DNA of 64,000 nt from Planctomycetota bacterium (lineage in GTDB: Bacteria > Planctomycetota > UBA1135 > UBA2386). Under the pieces are notes generated by a model that saw only the letters and a program-made list of their open reading frames with translations, was not told the DNA's origin and searched no databases. Of the stretch, positions 56,912 to 64,000 are shown piece by piece (positions within the stretch are counted from its first letter, which is position 1; the number at the start of each line of letters is the position of its first letter). Where the stretch lies: positions 2,944,001-3,008,000 of the forward strand of contig OZ245006.1 in assembly GCA_965223545.1 (NCBI GenBank), read 5' to 3'. The position numbers and the translations under genes were made by a program.

Positions 56912-57568
56912 TCAGAGTCCCACGCGACGACGCACCTCGGCTGGCGGCCCGTCGTAGGAGGGCTGCGGGACGTTGCCCCGATAACCCAGATCGGTCATCC
57001 CGACGCGAGTGGTCGCGTAGGCTCCGAGCGTCAGGTCGCGCAGCAGGGCGAACGCGGTGGCGGCGTCTCGATGTTCGGGCCGCGCCCGCGCCAACGAGCA
57101 CACGTCGTCGCAGAGCGCGTGCTGCTGCCGTTCGCCGAGCTCGGAGAAGGGGCTGCCGAAGCGCTGCGTGGCCTCGCGATCTAACCACGAAAGGCCGCCG
57201 ACCACGACTGGGCGGTGCGCGCGGAACGGCTCGTACGGCGCGCTGATCCACTCGTCGATGAAATCCGGCACACCGACCGCGCTGGCCGCGGGCGAGGTCT
57301 CACCGTCGGCCGGCAAGATGACATCGCAGAGTGCGGTGAGGCATCGCCGCTGGTCGGGCTCCAGCGTCAGCGGCCAGAACGCGCCGCGCTCATGCGTGGC
57401 GTTGAGCAAGGGGTCGGTGCCGTAGCCGCTGGCAGCTGGTCGCGCGCGCTCCGGCACGGGGTCCTGCGCGACAGGCAAGCCACGCAAGCCCATCCCTGCG
57501 CTGGCTGCGGCCACCCAACGCAACACCGCGCGACGGTCCATTCCGCCGGTCTCGCCGCCGCCGTTCAC
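56912..57568 (-). CDS. Gluconate 2-dehydrogenase subunit 3 family protein
   Basis: Tat-like DRRAVL, DVILPAD..SPAASAVGVPDFIDEW, DLGYRGN. Confidence 0.88.
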   Translation of the reverse strand: MNGGGETGGMDRRAVLRWVAAASAGMGLRGLPVAQDPVPERARPAASGYGTDPLLNATHERGAFWPLTLEPDQRRCLTALCDVILPADGETSPAASAVGVPDFIDEWISAPYEPFRAHRPVVVGGLSWLDREATQRFGSPFSELGERQQHALCDDVCSLARARPEHRDAATAFALLRDLTLGAYATTRVGMTDLGYRGNVPQPSYDGPPAEVRRRVGL

Positions 57569-59400
57569 AGGTTCCCCTTGCGCATCTCATCCAGCATGTA
57601 GTCGGCGGCACGCCACGCCAGCGCCATGATGGTCAAGGTCGGGTTCTTGTCGGCGTTGGAGACGAACGGCCCGCCATCGGTGATGAACAGGTTGGGCACG
57701 TCCCACGTTTGGTTGAAGCGGTTGACCACCGAGGTCTCGCGGTCGAAGCCCATGCAGGTGGTACCGACCTCGTGGATGATCGCACCCGGTGGATCGATCG
57801 CGGCGATGCCGTCGAGGCGTGGCGCGGCGGTGGGCTTGCCACCCATCGCCTCGATGATCTCGGCCAGCGTGCGCTGCATGTGCGCCGCCTGCCGCAGCTC
57901 GTGCTCCGACCACTGCCAGTGAAACCGCAGCACCGGCACGCCCCACTGGTCGACCGCCTCGGGGTCCAGCTCACAGTAGCAGTGCTCGTTGGGGATCATC
58001 TCCCCGCGACCCGACAGCGCCATGAAGGAGCCGAAGTAGCGGCGCGCGTCCGCCTTGAGCTGCCGGCCATAGCTGCCACCGGTGTACTTCTCCAGACCGT
58101 TGAAGGTCCACACCGCCGGCATCCCCCGCGTCTGGTCGAGCTCGATGTGGTAGCCGCGGGCGAAGTCCAGGGCGCCGTCGCGCTGCGCTCCGTACAGCCA
58201 CCAGGGCGCATATGCGTGCGAACCACCGGCGCCGTCCTCGTTGTGCGGCGGCAGCGCTTCGAGCGCCGGAAACTGCCCCGACAGCGTGCTGCCAACCGTG
58301 TCCATCAGATAGTGCCCGACCTTGCCGCTGGAGTTGGCGAGACCATCGGGAAACTGCTGCGAGCTGGAGTTCAGCAGGATGCGCGCCGACTCGCACGCGC
58401 CGGCGGCGAGCACGACCACGCGGGCCTCGATGCGGCGCTCCTCGCCGCTTTCGCGATCGATATAGACGACGCCGGTCGCCCGGCCGTCGTCGCCGACCAG
58501 GACCTCGCGGGCAAACGCGCGCGGCACGACCTCGAGATTGCCGCTGGCCAACGCCGGCGGCAGGTGCACGGTCGGCGACTGATAGGTCGCGCGGATCGAG
58601 CATCCGCGACCGCAGGGAGTCGCCCAGAAGCAGGCCGCGCGCTCACGCATCGCGGCCGCGAGGATGCGTTGCGCGCGGGGGTTGTCGGGGTGCAGCAGGG
58701 CCGGTACCCGTTCGGCGTCGAGCTTGGTGGTCAACACGGCACGGTGCACGGGCACGATCGGGATGCCGAGGCCTGCGCAGTGCTTCTGCGCGAGTTGCTC
58801 ACCGATGCGCAGCGGCGGCGGCGGCAACAGCACGCCGTCGGGCGAGTCGGGCGAGTTCTCGATTCCCTCGGCGGCACCGCACACGCCGATCAACAGCTCG
58901 ACCTTGTCGTAGTACGGCGCCAGGTCTTCGTAGTCGATCGGCCAGTCGAGGCCGAGGCCATCGCGCGCGCGCGGCTTGAAGTCGTACGGCCCCATGCGCA
59001 GGGCGATCCTGCCCCAGTGGTTGGTGCGGCCACCGAGCATGCGGGCGCGCCACCACACCCAGTTGCGATCCCATGCGCCACCGTCGTGCCAGCCGCCATC
59101 GTCCTCTGGGTAGCTGCGGGTCCGGTACGGCTCACCGGGAACCGTCCAACCGCCGTCGACGGTCGCGTCGAAGAAGCCGAACGGCTTGTCTTGCGTCGAA
59201 GCACCACCGAGCGGCGCATCGGCTCCGACTTGGAACATCGGCGTCTCGGTGGTCGGCTCGTAGTGACGCCCCGCCTCCAGCATCACCACCTTGGCCCCCG
59301 CCATGCTCAACGTGTAGGCGGTTTGGCCACCGGCCGCGCCCGAGCCGACGACGATCACGTCGTAGCGCTGCTTGCACTTGGACCGCAGCTGCAGGGACAT
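57565..59400 (-). CDS. GMC family FAD oxidoreductase (glycoside 3-dehydrogenase-like)
   Basis: VGSGAAGG, LGGRTNHWGR, HEVGTTCMG, KNPTLTIMAL. Confidence 0.9.
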   Translation of the reverse strand: MSLQLRSKCKQRYDVIVVGSGAAGGQTAYTLSMAGAKVVMLEAGRHYEPTTETPMFQVGADAPLGGASTQDKPFGFFDATVDGGWTVPGEPYRTRSYPEDDGGWHDGGAWDRNWVWWRARMLGGRTNHWGRIALRMGPYDFKPRARDGLGLDWPIDYEDLAPYYDKVELLIGVCGAAEGIENSPDSPDGVLLPPPPLRIGEQLAQKHCAGLGIPIVPVHRAVLTTKLDAERVPALLHPDNPRAQRILAAAMRERAACFWATPCGRGCSIRATYQSPTVHLPPALASGNLEVVPRAFAREVLVGDDGRATGVVYIDRESGEERRIEARVVVLAAGACESARILLNSSSQQFPDGLANSSGKVGHYLMDTVGSTLSGQFPALEALPPHNEDGAGGSHAYAPWWLYGAQRDGALDFARGYHIELDQTRGMPAVWTFNGLEKYTGGSYGRQLKADARRYFGSFMALSGRGEMIPNEHCYCELDPEAVDQWGVPVLRFHWQWSEHELRQAAHMQRTLAEIIEAMGGKPTAAPRLDGIAAIDPPGAIIHEVGTTCMGFDRETSVVNRFNQTWDVPNLFITDGGPFVSNADKNPTLTIMALAWRAADYMLDEMRKGNL

Positions 59401-59464
59401 GCGCGCCAGTAGAGGCGACTCCTACGCGATGTCAATCGGCCGGCAAGGGACTACGCTGGACGGC

Positions 59465-60259
59465 ATGCCCGTGCTCTCCCCCTCTGGCGCGCTGCGCGCT
59501 TCACTGACCGTTCTGCTGGCGGCATCCGCGCTCGCCCAGGATCCCCCGGGCTACACCGACACGCCGGTGCTGCCCAACTCGAAGTGGCGCGTGCACGACG
59601 CGCATCGACCGCGGCCCGCCGTGGTGACGCCGGGGTCGGCCGGCACGCCGGAACGCGCAGGCACCGCGCCTTCCGACGCGGTGGTGTTGTTCGATGGCAG
59701 CGACCTCGACGCATGGTCCGGCCGCGACGGCGATGCACAGTGGACGCTGGAGCAGGGCGCCGCGGTCGTCAACGGCACCGGTGACATTCAGACGCGTGAG
59801 CTGTTCGGCGACGTGCAGCTCCACCTCGAGTTCGCGACGCCCGCGAAGGTCGAGGGCGATAGCCAGGGCCGCGGCAACTCCGGTATCTTCTTCCTCGGTC
59901 GCTACGAGATTCAGCTGCTCGACAGCTACGACAACCCCAGCTACGCCGACGGCCAGGCGGCAGCGCTCTACGGCCAGTTTCCGCCGCTGGTGAACGCGTG
60001 CCGCAAGCCGGGCGAGTGGCAGACCATCGACATCGTGTTCCACGCGCCGCGCTTCACCGACGACGGCGCGTTGGAACGGCCGGCCACGGCGACGGTGTTC
60101 CACAACGGCGTGCTCGTGCACCACCGCCAGGAGTTCCTCGGCGCGACCCGTCACCGACAGGTGGCGAGCTACGCGCCGCACGAGGCCGAGGGGCCGATCA
60201 AGCTGCAAGACCACGGCAACCCGATGCGCTTTCGCAACATCTGGGCGCGTCGCCTGTAG
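59465..60259 (+). CDS. DUF1080 / 3-keto-disaccharide hydrolase family protein
   Basis: Signal peptide; VLFDGSDL, FGDVQLHLEF, GNSGIF, YEIQLLDS, LQDHG. Confidence 0.9.
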   Translation: MPVLSPSGALRASLTVLLAASALAQDPPGYTDTPVLPNSKWRVHDAHRPRPAVVTPGSAGTPERAGTAPSDAVVLFDGSDLDAWSGRDGDAQWTLEQGAAVVNGTGDIQTRELFGDVQLHLEFATPAKVEGDSQGRGNSGIFFLGRYEIQLLDSYDNPSYADGQAAALYGQFPPLVNACRKPGEWQTIDIVFHAPRFTDDGALERPATATVFHNGVLVHHRQEFLGATRHRQVASYAPHEAEGPIKLQDHGNPMRFRNIWARRL

Positions 60260-60296
60260 TCGGCGATCCCTGGCGCCGGCGAGCGACGCCCGGACC

Positions 60297-63200
60297 TCAT
60301 TCGATCCGATACGCGACCCAGAACGAGTCGATCGCGGGCGCGTGGCCGGCGACAGGATCGGCCTGCATCAACAATCGCCAGTTGAAGTAGCGCACGTCGC
60401 CGGGGCCAAAGGTCTCGGTCGGCGCTGCGAAGCGCGCCGTGAACGCCGGATCGGCGAGGTCGTTGAGGTCGGCCGTGTAGTCGGTGACGTTGCGGTTGTA
60501 GTAGTGGGTCCAGCCGTTGCGCACACCCTGTGGCAGTGGCCGGTCGTCGAACTTGCGCAGGTGCGCGTCGCCCGCCTTGAACGGATCCAGCGGGAAGTTG
60601 ATCGCGTCGGGCAGGTCGCCGTGCCCGTCCACCAGTGCCCGCCAGGGCTGCGGATCGACGGCGCCGGCACCGCGGAACTCGACGGCCACCGCCGTGCCGC
60701 GCACGATCTCGTCCGGCGCAAAATCGTGCCAGGCGAAGGTGAGGCTACCGCCGGTCGGCTGGCCCGCCGGGGCGTACGGACCCAGGCGAGGATCCCGCGG
60801 TGGAACACTCATGCGGTGCGGATCCGCGATGTCGACGAACCCCGACGTCGCCACCGACCGGCGCTTGATGAAGTCGGCCATGATCCACTGCACCGCGTTG
60901 TCTGCCGGCTGAGTGCTCTGCCCGGCCGGCGTGAAGCCACCGGAGGCGCGCTGCCAGCGCGCGCTCGCGGGGGAAACGGTGACCGGTGTGCCGGCGGGCG
61001 ACCCGCCGCCGGAATAGGCGCGAAACGCCGGCAAGCCCGACGACAGGACCGCGAGCGAGACCTGCCCCCCGTTGAGGCCGCGCGCGGTGTTGGAGGGGTA
61101 CATCCAGAAGTCGACGAGCAATGGCAACCCGATCGCACCGATGCTGCCGTCGGTGCGAGTGTCGGGTGGGGAGCCGGCGGCGAAGCTCTTCTCGTTCTGA
61201 TTGTTCCAAGCGCCGACGTTGATCGTCACACCCGCGGGGCCGTCGGCGGCCAACCGACCCCGCCCGGCCAAGAAGGGCGAGACGACGTAGGACTGGTAGA
61301 ACGACTTGTCGAGGTCCGAGCCGACGCCGCTGACACCACCCTGCACGCGGGCCGTTTCGTCGCGCCAGACGAAGTACGGCTCCTGCATCACCGGCAGCTC
61401 CAAGTACGAGTAGGGCTGCCCGGGCTGCTGCACGAGGTGCGCACCCGAGACCAACAACGGCTGGTCGACGAACCCGGCGTGCGGCAGCGGCGACGGCGCG
61501 GGGGAACCGACGACGTCGAGGTCGCGCGCGTAGTTGTCCGCGAACACGGTCCCGAGCCCGGAGAGATGCATCGACGGCAACGCGCTGAACGAGCCGACGC
61601 AGGGTTCCGGGCGCTTCTCCGCGTGGCCGAGGAACACGCTCGCCCGCTCGAACCGGTCGAACAGGACCGGAGCGCCGGTGAACATGCCCCAGTACAAACG
61701 CTCCACGTCCAGGTTCATGTCGTTGGGGTCGAAGCGACTGAGCGATAGATCGATCTCGCGCCACGCCATCTGCTGACGCGCGCCGAACGGATTCAGCGGA
61801 TTCTGGATCGGCTGGGCGAACCGGCTCCGCGCTGTCGGTGCCGCCACCTGCGGCTCGAAGCCGAGCGGCTCGGGGCAGTGCCGCAAGACACTGCTCTGCG
61901 GCGGCGACGGCGGCTGGTTGAGGTCGTCGACCACCTGGCGAATGCGCGCGGGCGGCCGCCCCATCAGCCGGCCATCGGCGCGGTGGACGACTGCACCGAA
62001 CAGGTCCTCCAGCGGGAAGCTCGCCGCGGTCAGCGGCGCGCCCTGCTGCTGGACTTCACCGGGCCGGTCGTACGAGGGCTGCTCGTCCTCGTCGAGGGCA
62101 GCGAACCGCCGCACCACGCTGGCGACCCGATTGTCGGGCGCCAGCGGCACCCCGCTCGGCGAGCTCCCGGTGTCCAGCGAGAACGGCACCACGACGTGGT
62201 TGCGCACGCTGAGCGAGTAGCCGAGATCGAGCTGCGCTCCAGAACGCCCCTGGATGCCACCAGCGCCACCGATCAGGTGGGCGAAGTAGCGAAACTGCTT
62301 GTTGGCGAACGGCACACCCTCGTCGGCCTGGCGCATCGCGTCATCCAAGTACAGCCCGAGCGGGGGCTGCAGCCGCCAGCGCGTGCCCGCGGCGTCGACT
62401 CGGGTCAGCCGCGCGGCGATCAGGTGTGGCGTGAAGTACTTGTCGACCGAGAACGCCGCCGGATCCATGTTGCGCGCCGCCACGAACTGCGCCTGTGCGG
62501 CGGGATCCAGCAGGTCACGCGTGCCGAGAAAGAAGGTGTCGAACGGACGCACCGACGGCGGCGCCACCGGCGCGCTGAAGCGGGCGGTCACGGTGACGAA
62601 GGGCGACAGGTTCTGGTTCGGCTCGCTGCCGCGCAGCGGCGCCGGGGCGAACTCGAAGAAATAGCGCGGGTCGTCGCCGTACACCGCACCGCTGGAGCTG
62701 CGCCGCTCTCCGGTAAACGGCGCGACCAGCTCCGCGCGCGGCGCGTTGGCGATCAGCCACGCCTGACCGGCCGCCGACCGCGGGTTGGCCGGATAGCCGG
62801 GCAGATGCCGCGGGTCCAGCCGCGCCAGCGCCGGGCTCGATGGTACCACCGCGCGCACGTGCTGCACTGCCGGCTGACCGGCGTCGTCGGTGGGGTCGAC
62901 GATGATCTCCGACACCAGCGCCGGAGCACTCGCGCCGCCGACATGGAACGCGACCACGTCCCCGGCATCGATCTCGTGCACGATGCCGGCCTTGTACACG
63001 GTCACCTGCATCGCCTCGGCCACCGGGTCGACGCGTTCGAGATAGAAGTCGAGCTCGCCGAGCAGGTGCACCGGCGCCGCACCCACCGGCGTCGGCGTCG
63101 TGCGGAGTGCGGCGATCTCGACCCCACCGGCCCGCAGCACGACCTCGCCCTCCGGCCAGCCGCCCACCGCCGTGATGCGCACGCCGCGCGCACCGCGAGC

Positions 63201-63665
63201 GACCACCCGCAGCGCGACGTCCCGGCCGTCGGCCGAAGCGTGCGCGCGGTAGTCCAGCGACGCACTGCCGTGGTCGAGCTCGATCGCCGCCGCCGCCGGC
63301 AGCTCGACGGCACCATCCAGCGCGATCTCGCTACAGCCGGCCCGCATCGCGACCAGGCAGCGCGCGAAGGCCTCGGTTTCCAACGCTGACGCCACCAGCA
63401 CGCGCGCCGCGGCGGTCGCCGGATTGCGCCCCGCGTAGACCGCACCCGGCGGCAGCTGCCAGCCGATCAACACGCACTCCGAGTGGAGAGCGCGCCGACC
63501 GGTCGCCGCGTCCTCGGTGTAGATGTCGGCGAGCTGTCCGGTGCGGGCCGTCTGCGCTTGAAACGCGGGCGGCGGCGACTGGGTGGACTCGCTGCGGCCT
63601 GAGCACGCGGCGAGCAGAAACGGAACGGTGGCCGCGGTGCGGAGCAAGGCGGGGAGTCGAGACAC
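60297..63665 (-). CDS. Large lipoprotein of unknown function
   Basis: GGAG RBS, lipobox LAAC, ~1120 aa open frame with typical codon usage; no family recognised. Confidence 0.7.
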   Translation of the reverse strand: MSRLPALLRTAATVPFLLAACSGRSESTQSPPPAFQAQTARTGQLADIYTEDAATGRRALHSECVLIGWQLPPGAVYAGRNPATAAARVLVASALETEAFARCLVAMRAGCSEIALDGAVELPAAAAIELDHGSASLDYRAHASADGRDVALRVVARGARGVRITAVGGWPEGEVVLRAGGVEIAALRTTPTPVGAAPVHLLGELDFYLERVDPVAEAMQVTVYKAGIVHEIDAGDVVAFHVGGASAPALVSEIIVDPTDDAGQPAVQHVRAVVPSSPALARLDPRHLPGYPANPRSAAGQAWLIANAPRAELVAPFTGERRSSSGAVYGDDPRYFFEFAPAPLRGSEPNQNLSPFVTVTARFSAPVAPPSVRPFDTFFLGTRDLLDPAAQAQFVAARNMDPAAFSVDKYFTPHLIAARLTRVDAAGTRWRLQPPLGLYLDDAMRQADEGVPFANKQFRYFAHLIGGAGGIQGRSGAQLDLGYSLSVRNHVVVPFSLDTGSSPSGVPLAPDNRVASVVRRFAALDEDEQPSYDRPGEVQQQGAPLTAASFPLEDLFGAVVHRADGRLMGRPPARIRQVVDDLNQPPSPPQSSVLRHCPEPLGFEPQVAAPTARSRFAQPIQNPLNPFGARQQMAWREIDLSLSRFDPNDMNLDVERLYWGMFTGAPVLFDRFERASVFLGHAEKRPEPCVGSFSALPSMHLSGLGTVFADNYARDLDVVGSPAPSPLPHAGFVDQPLLVSGAHLVQQPGQPYSYLELPVMQEPYFVWRDETARVQGGVSGVGSDLDKSFYQSYVVSPFLAGRGRLAADGPAGVTINVGAWNNQNEKSFAAGSPPDTRTDGSIGAIGLPLLVDFWMYPSNTARGLNGGQVSLAVLSSGLPAFRAYSGGGSPAGTPVTVSPASARWQRASGGFTPAGQSTQPADNAVQWIMADFIKRRSVATSGFVDIADPHRMSVPPRDPRLGPYAPAGQPTGGSLTFAWHDFAPDEIVRGTAVAVEFRGAGAVDPQPWRALVDGHGDLPDAINFPLDPFKAGDAHLRKFDDRPLPQGVRNGWTHYYNRNVTDYTADLNDLADPAFTARFAAPTETFGPGDVRYFNWRLLMQADPVAGHAPAIDSFWVAYRIE

Positions 63666-63833
63666 GACTGAACTCCGAGGTTGGGCGGACGGAGAAGCGC
63701 GAAGAGCGGCGGACCGGGGCCGACAGTAGCCGCCAACCCGCGCCGCGTAACACCCCCCGAGCACCTTCGGCTGCCGTGATCGGGAGGAACCCCGCAACGG
63801 GAGCGACGCTCGTTGACCTACAATGCACCGACG

Positions 63834-64000
63834 ATGCGGACTTCAAGGATCATCGCGTGCGCGGCGGCCGTAGGCTGGCTCGCGGTTCTACCCCTCGCCG
63901 CGCAGGACGGCGCCTGCACCACGCCAGAGATCGACGTCGAGCAGGATCTCGACGAGCTCAAGGCGGCGCTCAGAGACCGCAAGATGGAGCAGGACGATCG
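63834..64000 (+). CDS. Exported protein, 5' part (truncated by window edge)
   Basis: MRTSRIIACAAAVGWLAVLPLAAQDG signal peptide; frame open to the window end; TACAAT upstream. Confidence 0.6.
   Translation, partial: MRTSRIIACAAAVGWLAVLPLAAQDGACTTPEIDVEQDLDELKAALRDRKMEQDD

Noticed and set aside
1..64000. CRISPR array, tRNA/rRNA, integrase, transposase, known defence systems
   Set aside because: No regularly spaced repeats, RNA-gene signatures or such protein motifs were recognised by eye; small RNAs could have been missed without covariance searches.

Overview
GC-rich bacterial DNA. The gene content (TIGR02999-type ECF sigma/Ser-Thr kinase pair, FG-GAP and kelch proteins with a shared C-terminal domain, DUF1080) points to Planctomycetota, by inference. 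Left to right: the end of an acyl-AMP ligase/acetyltransferase/GT2 locus; DUF819; an orphan PstS-like lipoprotein; a Frz/Wsp-like chemosensory cluster whose cheB is broken; qor; then a ~13.5 kb integrase-free island (14292-27842) bounded by a ~304 bp direct duplication. The island carries two paralogous FG-GAP proteins flanking a FabH-like plus PhcB-like methyltransferase pair, a kelch protein, and an ECF sigma/kinase pair. A shared candidate promoter motif precedes the sigma gene and both FG-GAP genes. A ~105 bp structured mini-element occurs once inside the island and once in its right-hand duplication. After the island come a multidomain di-heme protein, housekeeping genes, rhamnose/lactate catabolism (lutABC-rhaEW-rhaI, rhaB) and a trans-3-hydroxyproline dehydratase/reductase pair. 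Next is a candidate secreted selenoprotein-N-like thioredoxin-fold protein split by an in-frame TGA with a SECIS-like hairpin (49609-50643). The window ends with cls/EEP, a 3-ketoglycoside (GMC/DUF1080) module and a large lipoprotein. No tRNA, rRNA, CRISPR array, transposase or integrase was recognised. All calls are by eye; no searches were run.
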